From positions 15,894 to 79,893 of the forward strand of contig NZ_JBEDTC010000002.1 of the NCBI RefSeq assembly GCF_040118815.1: a stretch of 64,000 bases of DNA. Direction: 5' to 3'. Shown here piece by piece: positions 28,701 to 37,377 of the stretch. The notes under the pieces are model-generated. The model made no database searches. It worked only from the letters and a program-made list of their open reading frames with translations, and was not told the DNA's origin. A program made the translations under genes and the position numbers. Origin of the DNA: Alcanivorax sp. (lineage in GTDB: Bacteria; Pseudomonadota; Gammaproteobacteria; Pseudomonadales; Alcanivoracaceae). Each line of letters begins with the position of its first letter. The stretch's first letter is position 1.

Positions 28701-29368
28701 AGGGTGATGGCGTTACCTTGACCATCACCAAACACCTGCACTTCGATATGTCGTGCACGGGGGATATATTTTTCGATGAACACGCCATCGTTGGAAAAAT
28801 TATTGGCGCTAAGCCGGCGAACGGTATCCCATGCCTTGTCCAGACTGTCCGCGTTTTCGCAAACCTGCATGCCAATGCCGCCACCACCGGCGGTACTCTT
28901 CAACATGATCGGGTAGCCAATGCTATCGGCGGCTTTTAACGCGGCGTTTTTGTCGGTGAGCAGAGGGGTGCCAGAAAGCAATGGCACCCCGGTGTCTTCT
29001 GCCAGGGCGCGGGCGGTGTGTTTTAGCCCGAAGGTGTTCATCTGATCCGGTGTGGGCCCGATAAAAGCAATCCCGCGGGCTTCGCAGCCTTTGACAAAAT
29101 CAGGGTTCTCACTAAGAAAACCGTAGCCAGGATGTACCGCATCGACGCCGTGTTCTTCCATCAGTGCGAACAGGGCATCCTGATTCAGATAGGTCTCCCG
29201 AGCACCGCCTTCGCCCAGGCAGTAACACTCATCGGCCTGGCTAACGTGAAGGGAGTCCCGGTCGGCTTCCGCAAAGACCGCCACAGCAGTGACGCCCATT
29301 TTATTCAGAGTACGGGTAACTCGGGTGGCGATGGCGCCGCGGTTAGCAATCAGCACTTTGTTGAACAT
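25778..29368 (-). CDS. urea carboxylase-type biotin enzyme; context suggests guanidine carboxylase
   Basis: 1196 aa. Contains a biotin carboxylase domain (MFNKVLIANRGAIA...), KipI/KipA-type carboxyltransferase domains, and a C-terminal biotinyl domain (VLESMKMEIEI). Confidence 0.92.
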   Translation of the reverse strand: MFNKVLIANRGAIATRVTRTLNKMGVTAVAVFAEADRDSLHVSQADECYCLGEGGARETYLNQDALFALMEEHGVDAVHPGYGFLSENPDFVKGCEARGIAFIGPTPDQMNTFGLKHTARALAEDTGVPLLSGTPLLTDKNAALKAADSIGYPIMLKSTAGGGGIGMQVCENADSLDKAWDTVRRLSANNFSNDGVFIEKYIPRARHIEVQVFGDGQGNAITLGERDCSAQRRHQKVLEETPAPNLPDTVRADLHATAKNLMEAVQYRNAGTVEFILDQDSNAFYFLEVNTRLQVEHGVTEQVYGVDLVEWMVKLAAGDLPALEQLGTELTARGHAIQARIYAEDPNKDFQPSAGLLTAVAFPDANGQSRRIDHWIEAGLTVSPLFDPMLAKVIVHETCRDDALTALNATLAETSIEGIETNRDYICAILADPVFDQGEMTTRYLNDFRYQPFTMDVLAGGTLTTVQDYPGRSGYWPVGVPPSGPFDNLSFRLGNRLLGNDENAAGLEFTLNGPTLKFNQATRIALTGADMQATLDDQPVASYCAIEIAPGQTLQLGKVSGDGARAYLAVAGGLQCTPYLGSRSTFTLGQFGGHGGRALRTGDVLHFQQAAPAPATAIVPDSLKPALGNHWTLRVIYGPHGAPDFFTDDDMAMFFATDWQVHYNSSRTGIRLVGPKPTWARSDGGEAGMHPSNIHDNAYAVGTVDFTGDMPVILGPDGPSLGGFVCPATVVLADRWKLGQLKAGDTLRFEAISLASADALAADQNDCVVALTPPQAVAESADITTPVLNRLGEAEAGVEVVYRAAGDRYLLVEYGPLVLDLRLRFRAHALMLWLEQQQLEGVIELTPGIRSLQVHFDPQRLPRQQLLDVLASAEHELQQQDDLEVPSRIVNIPLSWDDEACHQAIEKYMQSVRKDAPWCPSNLEFIRRINGLGSVDEVKETLFSASYVVMGLGDVYLGAPVATPYDPRHRLVTTKYNPARTWTAENSVGIGGAYLCVYGMEGPGGYQFVGRTLQMWNRYRKTEAFDQPWLLRFFDQIRFYEVSHEELNQIRRDFPKGQYPIQVEETTFSLNEYQQFLDDNQQDITTFTDARNQAFDEELQRWVESGQINFQSEQDLDADNGADDVEGTPVESPVAGSIWKLNVQEGDEVKQGDVVAVLESMKMEIEISAPATGKVIALTRQEGQQINAGQTIMVLD

Positions 29369-29443
29369 GACAGTGTCTCTTGACGGTAGCGGGCCGTCCC
29401 GCAGTAAATCCTTGCGCTGTCCGGGTCGTCCCGGCAGACGCGA

Positions 29444-30085
29444 TCAATCGTTCCAGATCAGTACTTCGATCGGAGTCGGGTTGTATCCGTTGCAGGGGTT
29501 GTTCAATTGCGGGCAGTTTGAGATCAAAATGATCACGTCCATGCAGGCGGTCAGTTCCACATATTTGCCGGGGGCGGAAATGCCGTCTTCAAAGGTCAGG
29601 CCGCCTTCTGCGGTGACTGGCACGTTCATGAAAAAATTGATGTTATGGGTGATGTCTCGTTTGCCCAGAGCAAATTCCGGATGCTGGTTCACGGCGAGCA
29701 TCCAGCTGTCACGGCAGGCATGCATGCAGCGTTTTTCCAGGTCGTAGCGCACGGTGTTGCTTTCTGTGGCGCAGGCGCCGCCCAGAGTATCGTGGCGGCC
29801 GCAAGTGTCAGCGACGATGTCCAGTAATGGATTAACCCGATTGGACATCAGCGTGGTGCCAGCGGTGAGGTAGACATTGCCCTGTTCGCGAATAGTATCC
29901 ATGGCGCTGTAACGCTCGGCAGGATCCTCGGCACTGTAGAACAAGGTATCGGCGGCCTGGTTACCTTCCAGGTCGAGCAGTCGCACGGTTTGGCCTTGTT
30001 GCACGGTATGAATGAAGTAATCACCGGCGGCGACAATTTCACGAAAAGTGGCATTTTCCGGTTGTCTTGGGCTTTCTTTAATCAT
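29444..30085 (-). CDS. DUF1989 urea-carboxylase-associated protein 2 (CgdB-like)
   Basis: 213 aa. DUF1989-type sequence, positioned immediately upstream of the carboxylase. Confidence 0.8.
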   Translation of the reverse strand: MIKESPRQPENATFREIVAAGDYFIHTVQQGQTVRLLDLEGNQAADTLFYSAEDPAERYSAMDTIREQGNVYLTAGTTLMSNRVNPLLDIVADTCGRHDTLGGACATESNTVRYDLEKRCMHACRDSWMLAVNQHPEFALGKRDITHNINFFMNVPVTAEGGLTFEDGISAPGKYVELTACMDVIILISNCPQLNNPCNGYNPTPIEVLIWND

Positions 30086-30129
30086 GGTGTTCTCTCTTGT
30101 TTCGTGGTGCCTGAATCGCGTAGCGAGAC

Positions 30130-30861
30130 TTAGATACCCAAGTGATAGAGACGGTTGTTTTCGAAAGCGCGAACGTTCTCCGCACGGAAATGTTTGCAGT
30201 AATCGTCATCGGCAACCGGGGCGGCTTTTAGCATCTCGATCTGTATCGGCTTCATGGGGTAATCCTCCGCTGGATTCAGCGGATGGGGGCAGCTGTTCAA
30301 GATGACCAGCGTGTCCATTTCAAAACGCAGGGTGAGGCTGGCCCCGGGCTTGGCCGCTGAAAGATCAAATATCAGGTTGCCGTCATTGTCGGCGGCGACT
30401 TTAGAGAAAAGGTTGAGGTTGGCGGCCATGTCTCTTTCGGTAAGGCCGTATTTGGCGAGCTCAGTCAGGAAGCTGTGTTCACCACTGAGGGTCCAGTGAT
30501 TATGATGATCCTGGTAAGAACGGGCCGCGTATTTTTGTTTGAGTGCTTTTTCACTAAGTGTGCCGCACACGGATTCATGCCACCCAAAATCGTCTTCTAC
30601 TATGGAGGCGAACACGCGGCCCATGTCTGAGTACAGGCAGTTCCCTCGGGTTAGCTTGAAGGTGTGTTGACCTTTTAACGTGTCCGGTGCGTTGTAACGC
30701 TCGAGCAGGTCTTCCGGGTTAAACATGAGCAAGCCCAGATTGGCGCCGCCTTCCAGGTCGGTGAAGCGTAATTGCATGCCCCGGCGTACTCGCAGCGACC
30801 AGTGGGCGCTGCCGGGCAGGGTGGTTTGATAGAGGGGCTCGTGATGGAATGAATTTTTCAT
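30130..30861 (-). CDS. DUF1989 urea-carboxylase-associated protein 1 (CgdA-like)
   Basis: ATG at 30861 ([17 protein letters not shown]...). A paralogue of the adjacent DUF1989 gene. The track start at 30951 overlaps the ABC ATPase gene. Confidence 0.8.
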   Translation of the reverse strand: MKNSFHHEPLYQTTLPGSAHWSLRVRRGMQLRFTDLEGGANLGLLMFNPEDLLERYNAPDTLKGQHTFKLTRGNCLYSDMGRVFASIVEDDFGWHESVCGTLSEKALKQKYAARSYQDHHNHWTLSGEHSFLTELAKYGLTERDMAANLNLFSKVAADNDGNLIFDLSAAKPGASLTLRFEMDTLVILNSCPHPLNPAEDYPMKPIQIEMLKAAPVADDDYCKHFRAENVRAFENNRLYHLGI

Positions 30862-30871
30862 GCTGATCACC

Positions 30872-31660
30872 TTAGACACGGTCGATGGCGCGGCTGGTGC
30901 TATCCACGCTTGCATTGATGGAGGTGAGGGTGCCGGTCTGGCAGTCGCCAACTGGCAGGTCGTAGGTCACACGGGCGCCGTAGGCTCCGGGGGCTTGTGG
31001 GTCCAGGCGGGGTTTATCAAAAACCCACAGTCGGGTGCCCAGATAGAAGCCTTCGTTGATGTCATGGGTGATCATGAACACGGTGAGCTTTTGCTCTTTC
31101 CACAATGACAACACCAGCTTGTGCATATCGGAGCGGATGCCTGGATCCAACGCACCAAAGGGTTCATCCAGCAGCAAAATGCGAGGTTTTTTGATCAACG
31201 CTTGGGCAAGAGCCAGACGTTGCTGCATGCCACCGGATAGCTCATGGGGGTATTTGTCCGCTGCCTGATCCAGGCCTACGGATTCGAGCATCGCCAATGC
31301 TTCTTTACGAATCTTGCGGCGCTGTTTCCCGAAACTGATACCCAGCCAGCGGCTGCTTTGTAGCTCGCCCCCAAGCATGACATTTTCCAGCGCCGTCATA
31401 TGGCTAAGGACAGAGTATTTCTGGAAGACCACGCCGCGGCTGTCATCCGGTTCGGCTGTGAGGGGTTGGCCATCCAGCAGTAGCTCACCGCGGGTAGACT
31501 CTTCCGTCCCTAGCAGCATTTTCAGGAAGGTGGTTTTGCCACAGCCGGAGGCGCCAACAATGGTGACAAACTCGCCTTCCTCAACGCTGGCGTTGAGTCT
31601 TTCCAGTACCACTTGCTCGCCGTACTCTTTCCACAGATTTTGCATCTCGATAATTGCCAT
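30872..31660 (-). CDS. ABC transporter ATP-binding protein (NitT/TauT family)
   Basis: Walker A GASGCGKTT, signature LSGGMQQR, Walker B LLLDEP. The start at 31660 makes an ATGA overlap with the permease stop. Confidence 0.9.
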   Translation of the reverse strand: MAIIEMQNLWKEYGEQVVLERLNASVEEGEFVTIVGASGCGKTTFLKMLLGTEESTRGELLLDGQPLTAEPDDSRGVVFQKYSVLSHMTALENVMLGGELQSSRWLGISFGKQRRKIRKEALAMLESVGLDQAADKYPHELSGGMQQRLALAQALIKKPRILLLDEPFGALDPGIRSDMHKLVLSLWKEQKLTVFMITHDINEGFYLGTRLWVFDKPRLDPQAPGAYGARVTYDLPVGDCQTGTLTSINASVDSTSRAIDRV

Positions 31661-32478
31661 CAGGATTCTCCTCCATGGAACCAGGGGTAGCGCCATTGCG
31701 TGTATCGGTTGAGGGTGAAATCAATGGCAAAGGCCAGCAGCGTAATCCACAGGACATAGGGAAGAATGACGTCCATGGCCAGATAACGGCGCACCAGGAA
31801 TATCCGGTAGCCGAGCCCTTCGGTGGCCGCAATCGCTTCCGCCGCGATAAGGAAAAGCCAGGCGGGACCCAGCGAGAGTCGTACGACGCTAATTAGACGG
31901 GGCATTAACTGTGGCCACACCAGCCGGGTAATGATCTGCCAGGTGTTGGCGCCCAGGGTTTGCATCTTAATAATCTGTTCAGCGGGAATTTCCCGTGCTC
32001 GTTGCTGAAGATCCCGGATCATGAATGGAGTGATGCCGATAATGATCAGCATGACCTTGGCCAACTCACCCAGCCCGAAAACAATGAACAACACGGGAAG
32101 GATAGCCATCGGAGGAACAAGAGAAAGCCCTGTAACCAAGGGTGAGAACGTGGCACGAATCAACGGAATGGTGCCGTTGCCAATGCCTACCATAACGGCA
32201 ACCAAGGCACTGATTCCCACACCTATTGCGAGCCGTTGAAGGCTGGCAAGGGTGTCGTTAAGCATCAGATACTCACCGGTGCGCTTACTGGGCTCAAACG
32301 CCATACGATCAATTGCCTGCACAAACGTATCCAGTGCTGGTAGCAGTTTATCGTTGGGGTTCTCAGCCAAGCGGGCATCGGAAGCCAGCATATAAATGAT
32401 GATTAACAGCACAAAAGGCAGCATGCCTAATGCCCAGCTGACAGCTTTGGACGGTCGGCGGTTGATGAACTTCTTCAT
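31660..32478 (-). CDS. ABC transporter permease (NitT/TauT family)
   Basis: 272 aa, 6 TM helices, BPD-type permease. Confidence 0.9.
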   Translation of the reverse strand: MKKFINRRPSKAVSWALGMLPFVLLIIIYMLASDARLAENPNDKLLPALDTFVQAIDRMAFEPSKRTGEYLMLNDTLASLQRLAIGVGISALVAVMVGIGNGTIPLIRATFSPLVTGLSLVPPMAILPVLFIVFGLGELAKVMLIIIGITPFMIRDLQQRAREIPAEQIIKMQTLGANTWQIITRLVWPQLMPRLISVVRLSLGPAWLFLIAAEAIAATEGLGYRIFLVRRYLAMDVILPYVLWITLLAFAIDFTLNRYTQWRYPWFHGGES

Positions 32479-32561
32479 GGTTTTTCCTTGGTGCGAAGGC
32501 TATTAATTCGCTCGCGACAGAGGCTGGCACGTTGGGTGCCAGCGTGCCGTATCAGTGCGTT

Positions 32562-33626
32562 TTACAACTTTCCTTCAGCGGCCATGGCCATATAATCTGG
32601 AATGAAACGCAGTTTGATGTTGCCTTCGTTACCATAAACTCCAGACGGGGTTTCGATGCCAATGAAGCCAGCATCCGGTGCGCCTTCGCCCAGCAGCCCA
32701 TACTGGAAAGAGAATTCCGCTACCTTCTTCATCGTGTCATTCACAGCAGAGCTGTTAACGAATTCCACAGCGTCTTTGGGTTGGTAGAACATATGCGTTG
32801 ACGCGAGCTGGGCATTGAAGCCAGCGAGGTCTGTGCCAGAGGCTTCAGCCAGATATTCACGGGCCTGAATGCCGGTTTCGTCTTCGGCAGAGAGGTGATC
32901 CATGATTTCATACCAGGCGCCGGTTAATGCCTTACCGAAATTGGGGTTTGCCTCCAGGGTTTCGGTGTTGACGATCATCAAGTCGATGACCTCACCAGGG
33001 ATCTGTGAAGAGTCAAAGATCTTGTGGCTATCCGGCATGGCACTGATTTCGCTAAGCAAAGGGTTCCAGGTGGCGACTGCGGTGACATCATCGGACGCGT
33101 AGGCCGATACCAGATCCGCGTCTGAAGTATTCACCACGGTCAGATCCTTTTCGCTCATGCCCACCGTTTCCAGTGCGCGGGCGAGCAAGTAATGAGAAAC
33201 CGATAGCTCAACAAGGTTAACGTTTTGTCCTTTCAAGTCGGCCAGATTGTCTGAGCCTTTAAGAACAATGCCGTCATTGCCGTTGGAGAAATCACCAACG
33301 ATCAAGGCGGTGGAATCGACCCCGCCTGCTGCCGGAATGGTCAGGGCGTCCATGTTGGTCATGGTGCAACCGTCGTACTGGCCGGCAGTGTACTGATTGA
33401 TGGATTCCACATAGTCATTGATCTGGACCACATCAATGCTGATGTCATATTTGTTGGCCCATTTCTCGACGATGGCTTTTTGTTCGCCGTAATCCCATGG
33501 AATCCAGCCCACATAGATGGACCAGCAGATGCTGAACTCGTCTTTTTCCTGGGCAACAGCAGGAGAGAAAGCGGTGATAAGGGACAGTGCGGCAGCGGCC
33601 GCTATCTTGCGTACGGAACGGGTCAT
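32562..33626 (-). CDS. ABC transporter periplasmic substrate-binding protein (urea-carboxylase-associated type)
   Basis: 354 aa with signal peptide ...AAALSLITAFSPAVAQE. NMT1/SsuA-like fold. First gene of the operon. Confidence 0.85.
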   Translation of the reverse strand: MTRSVRKIAAAAALSLITAFSPAVAQEKDEFSICWSIYVGWIPWDYGEQKAIVEKWANKYDISIDVVQINDYVESINQYTAGQYDGCTMTNMDALTIPAAGGVDSTALIVGDFSNGNDGIVLKGSDNLADLKGQNVNLVELSVSHYLLARALETVGMSEKDLTVVNTSDADLVSAYASDDVTAVATWNPLLSEISAMPDSHKIFDSSQIPGEVIDLMIVNTETLEANPNFGKALTGAWYEIMDHLSAEDETGIQAREYLAEASGTDLAGFNAQLASTHMFYQPKDAVEFVNSSAVNDTMKKVAEFSFQYGLLGEGAPDAGFIGIETPSGVYGNEGNIKLRFIPDYMAMAAEGKL

Positions 33627-33683
33627 GTTAGACCTCCTTGGCTACGGGCGATGAGGAATCCAATGACAATGTCGCCATCGTGA

Positions 33684-33815
33684 CCTCCCGGGCTTTTGTC
33701 CCGCCGTGTAACCCCCTACCGCTAGACGTTGTTCCGGGCCTATCGGCGCCAAGGAGGTCGATTGCTCTCGGACCAGACATCGGCTGCTGATGCGGCCGAC
33801 CGGAACCCTAGCGAT
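33684..33815 (-). promoter_or_regulatory. guanidine-I (ykkC-yxkD) riboswitch aptamer
   Basis: The minus strand reads ATCGCTAGGGTTCCGG...TCTGGTCCGAGAGC...GTTACACGGCGGGACAAAAGCCCGGGAGG. The three blocks CTAGGGTTCCGG, GGTCCGAGAG and ACACGGCGGGAnAAAAGCCCGGGAG are the conserved ykkC core as I remember it. Located 58-190 nt upstream of the SBP start codon. Confidence 0.85.
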
Positions 33816-34082
33816 CTATTGGTGCAGATTGTGTTGAGTGTTTGATGGCAACCAAGCCATTCGATTCCTCTACCTATTGCAAAGCAAGGTGAGTGCCAAG
33901 GTGGGCCTTAGCTGAATAAAAAGGTGCTTGCCCGCGCGAGTCATGCGCTGGCGGAGAAAGAAGGGGGCTGGAAAGGGGTTGGTGCGTAGCAGGGAGGCGA
34001 ACATGCCGGCGGGTGAGTTTGTGCCGGCATGGTGCGTGGTGCGCAGTGATGCGCAATTCTGGTGCGATGGCGAAGCGGATGA

Positions 34083-34859
34083 TTACTCTTCGTGTTCCAG
34101 AAAGTCGACCAGCGCTTGCCAGCTGACCTGGTCCGCATGGGCACTGTAGGCCAGGGGCATGTCGAAGCGTTTGCCGGCGGCGTCGGAACGAGGGTTAGTA
34201 AAGCCGTGTTTCACGCCGGGGAAACTGAGTAACTGGAAATCGACGCCGGTGGCGGTCATTTCGCTGACGAATCCACTGACTTGTTCGGCGGGCACCATGG
34301 GGTCTGCCTGGCCGGTGGCGACCAGCACGCGGGCCTTGATCTCACCCGATTTGGCCGGGGTTTCCGTGCCCAGGCTACCGTGGAAGCTGGCCACGCCGGC
34401 GAGATCGGTACCGCGGCGAGCCTGTTCCAGTACCACTGCACCGCCAAAGCAGTAGCCAATGGCAAACAGTCGATCCGGTTCGACCTGCTGCTGTTTGAGC
34501 ATCATGGTGCGGGCGGCCTGGAAACGGGCGTTCATGGTTTCCGGGTCTGCCAAGGCGGTTTCCATGAAGCTTTTTGCGTCTTTGGGGTGGGTGGCGACTT
34601 CGCCAGTGCCGTACATGTCCACGGCCAGCGCGGTGTAGCCCGCTTTAGCCAGCATGTGGGCGCGGTTACGTGCATAGTCGTTCAGGCCCCACCATTCGTG
34701 CACCACAATCACCCCGGCCCCCGGGTTTTTCTGGTCATCGTTGAGGTACATGATGCCTTTGCCCAGGCCGTCAGGCAGGGTGACTTCGGTTTCAATAATA
34801 TCGGCGTGGCCGGCCTGGCCAGCGACAATCAGGGATACCAGCAGGAAAAACCGTTTCAT
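34083..34859 (-). CDS. dienelactone hydrolase family protein (secreted)
   Basis: ATG at 34859 gives signal peptide MKRFFLLVSLIVAGQAGHA. ...VIVVHEWWGLNDY... and ...GYCFGG... are DLH motifs. Confidence 0.88.
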   Translation of the reverse strand: MKRFFLLVSLIVAGQAGHADIIETEVTLPDGLGKGIMYLNDDQKNPGAGVIVVHEWWGLNDYARNRAHMLAKAGYTALAVDMYGTGEVATHPKDAKSFMETALADPETMNARFQAARTMMLKQQQVEPDRLFAIGYCFGGAVVLEQARRGTDLAGVASFHGSLGTETPAKSGEIKARVLVATGQADPMVPAEQVSGFVSEMTATGVDFQLLSFPGVKHGFTNPRSDAAGKRFDMPLAYSAHADQVSWQALVDFLEHEE

Positions 34860-34890
34860 AGACCTGTCCTTGGATGTGCCATTTGGCGGG

Positions 34891-35217
34891 TTATTTGTTC
34901 TGCCAGACCCAACGTAGCGGTTCGCCGAAGTCGTCATAAACCAGTTTGCGTTGCGGTCTGGCATTCAAGCGCTGGCGGCGCGGCTTGTGCTTTCGTGAAT
35001 CAATAGTGGCCACCACCTGGCTCAGGTCAGTGCGTTGATCCTGACGTGGGCCATTGAACAGAACCGTTTGGTGGCCCTTGCCGGATACCGCATCGGCGCC
35101 ACTCACCCCGTTTGGCACTTCACTAATGGACCCGCCTTCGGAGAGAAAGCGTTCCATGTCGCGTTCCAAGCGATGCCGTTGTTGTTCCTTACTGTTACGA
35201 ACTTTCACGGGACTCAT
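34891..35217 (-). CDS. hypothetical basic protein
   Basis: ORF 34891..35238 (TTG). The ATG at 35217 gives MSPVKVRNSKEQQRHRLERDMERFL...YDDFGEPLRWVWQNK. No family recognised. Confidence 0.45.
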   Translation of the reverse strand: MSPVKVRNSKEQQRHRLERDMERFLSEGGSISEVPNGVSGADAVSGKGHQTVLFNGPRQDQRTDLSQVVATIDSRKHKPRRQRLNARPQRKLVYDDFGEPLRWVWQNK

Positions 35218-35281
35218 CGGGGCTGATGGGTTGATCAATCACAATAGCAGGCTCATATGAACGCTGCCACCACTGCAATTG

Positions 35282-35851
35282 TTAGTCTGTCTGACTTTGT
35301 GTGCCGGGCAGGGCCTGCTGGATTGCTGCTTCCAGCTTGCCGCCCAAAGGCTTTTCCGCCGAGGGGAAGTGGATAATATTGTCGCCGCTGGCGGGCACCA
35401 GGTACTTGTTGAAGTTCCAAGCGGGCTCGCCGGCCGCCTGGTTCAGCGCCTTGAACACCGGATTGGCGGCATCGCCCTTGACCGTGCTGGTGGCTGCCAT
35501 GGGGAAGCTGACACCGTAATTCACATAGCAGACACTGGCGGTGTCTGCCTCGTCGTCCAGTTCCTGGCGGAAGTCGTCGGAGGGGAAGCCGATGATCACC
35601 AGGCCCTGTTCGCGGTAGGCTTGGTAGAGTGCTTCGAGACCCTTGAATTGCGGGGTGTAACCGCACTGGCTGGCGGTGTTGACCACCAGTGTCAGCTTTC
35701 CAGCAGTGAGGGCGCATAAATCCAGCTCGTGGCTGGTGTGCAGTTTGCGCACGGAGGCATCCAGAGCGGGGGCGCAGGCAGCGTCTGCGCTCGCCAGCGG
35801 GCTTAACAGTATGGCAAGGGTGGTCAGGGCATAGCGCAGAGTGCCGGGCAT
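35282..35851 (-). CDS. glutathione peroxidase (Cys-type, with signal peptide)
   Basis: VVNTASQCGYTPQFKGLEALY...GFPSDDFRQE...WNFNKYLV are GPx signature motifs. Confidence 0.9.
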   Translation of the reverse strand: MPGTLRYALTTLAILLSPLASADAACAPALDASVRKLHTSHELDLCALTAGKLTLVVNTASQCGYTPQFKGLEALYQAYREQGLVIIGFPSDDFRQELDDEADTASVCYVNYGVSFPMAATSTVKGDAANPVFKALNQAAGEPAWNFNKYLVPASGDNIIHFPSAEKPLGGKLEAAIQQALPGTQSQTD

Positions 35852-36065
35852 GTGGGGTGTCCTTTGTTTGCGTTAGCGGGGTCGGCCAGCGTCGACCTTG
35901 ATAGTATCTTGCCAAGCGGGCGAAGAAAGCGCGAAAAGGCTTTCCTCGCCTAATTGTTGACTGCGTCAGGCATCCGGCGTCGAGCGTTCGGCAACATCCG
36001 CGGCACCCGCGATAAGCCAATTAAGCCGCCGAAAACGTGATGTCTCCCCTAATCCGCGAAGAACC

Positions 36066-36428
36066 TTATTTTTCTGCCAGTGCCGGTGCGTCAAAGGTTA
36101 CCTTGCTCAGACCGTGGCGCATAAAGGTGCGAATGTTGGCGTGGTCGTTGCCGTCCGGGTTGCCCAGCACATGTTCGCGGTAAAAATGGCCGAAGCAGGC
36201 CAGGGTCTGTTTATCGGAAAGTTGTTGGTGTTTGGCGAAGGCAAAAATCTTGCACGAACCTTCATTGGTGCCGGCATCGTTACGCACACTGTCGTCGCCC
36301 TCACCATTGATAAAGGTGGTCGGGGTGTACTGGTAGTGTTCGGCAATAACGGTTTGTACCGCGTCGAAGGTAACGGTGTCCGGGGCGTTGTTGAGGGAAT
36401 CCAGCAGGGTGTTTAGCGAGGGGCTCAT
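36066..36428 (-). CDS. HopJ type III effector family protein
   Basis: ATG at 36428. ...FDAVQTVIAEHYQYTPTTFINGEGDDSVRNDAGTNEGSCKIFAFA...FYREHVLGNPDGNDHANIR is a typical HopJ-family sequence. Confidence 0.78.
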   Translation of the reverse strand: MSPSLNTLLDSLNNAPDTVTFDAVQTVIAEHYQYTPTTFINGEGDDSVRNDAGTNEGSCKIFAFAKHQQLSDKQTLACFGHFYREHVLGNPDGNDHANIRTFMRHGLSKVTFDAPALAEK

Positions 36429-36507
36429 GGGCAGTCCTGTGCGGTGTAAAACGCAGCAGGATAGCGCCAACCCTGCACAGAGTCACGGTTGGCGCGGGTC
36501 GATCCGG

Positions 36508-36903
36508 TTACTGGGCCGCGGAGTCTTTTGGCAGAACCATGCCAGTGCTTTGCAGCGGGCTACAGTTCTTGATGATGACTTTCCCTTCCAACATGTTGCC
36601 ACGGGAATATTCCCGGAAAATGCACTCGTTGGTTTCCGGGTTGTAGTTTTCGATCCACAGGTTGTCGTCTTTCCAGGTGGCACTGATGTGATACTGCTCT
36701 TCGGGCACAGAGATATTCATGGTGCCGCCAAAGCGCTTCACGAAGACCTGCTGTAGCCAGAAGTAATAGGCGACAGTGGCAGTAAGCCAGATGATCACGG
36801 CGACAATCAGTGCGGGCTTCCATTTGCCCAGCCGTACGCCGAGGCCAAACAGGGTGCCGATGACCAGAGCAGCCACCAGGAACCAGTAGAGATAGGTAAC
36901 CAT
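36508..36903 (-). CDS. hypothetical membrane protein (2 TM + small soluble domain)
   Basis: ATG at 36903 (MVTYLYWFLVAALVIGTLFG...). No family assigned. Confidence 0.55.
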   Translation of the reverse strand: MVTYLYWFLVAALVIGTLFGLGVRLGKWKPALIVAVIIWLTATVAYYFWLQQVFVKRFGGTMNISVPEEQYHISATWKDDNLWIENYNPETNECIFREYSRGNMLEGKVIIKNCSPLQSTGMVLPKDSAAQ

Positions 36904-37028
36904 GTTTGCATCCTTCTCGTTTGTGGTTTGTTGTAATGGCGCGCGGGAATTGCAGAACAATACAGCGATTCCTTAACGCGTAGCGTCTCTGGCATCATAC
37001 CAGCCATCGCAGGGGTGGGTGTAAAACC

Positions 37029-37337
37029 ATGCAACAGTGGTGGGTGTATATGGTGGAGTGTGCGGACCGGTCGCTGTATACCGGGATCAGCACCGAACCG
37101 GCGCGCCGGTTTCATGAACATAACACTAGCCCGAAAGGGGCGCGCTATACCCGGGCCCGTCGCCCGGTGCGCCCGGTGTTGCTGCTGCCGGGGGGCGACA
37201 GGGCCTCCGCCAGTCAGCTGGAAGCACGGATAAAACGGTTGAGCCGCCGCGACAAACAACGGTTGCTGACGGCCCTGCAAACGGAAAAACGGCAGCAGCC
37301 GCTGTCTGTCTGGATCGAGACGCTCAGTGAGCCGTGA
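37029..37337 (+). CDS. GIY-YIG nuclease superfamily protein (UPF0213-like)
   Basis: WWVYMVECADRSLYTGISTEPARRFHEHN...GARYTR contains the GIY-YIG motifs. Confidence 0.8.
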   Translation: MQQWWVYMVECADRSLYTGISTEPARRFHEHNTSPKGARYTRARRPVRPVLLLPGGDRASASQLEARIKRLSRRDKQRLLTALQTEKRQQPLSVWIETLSEP

Positions 37338-37377
37338 TGATTCTGACAACACAAACACCATCAAGGAGACCGAATCG

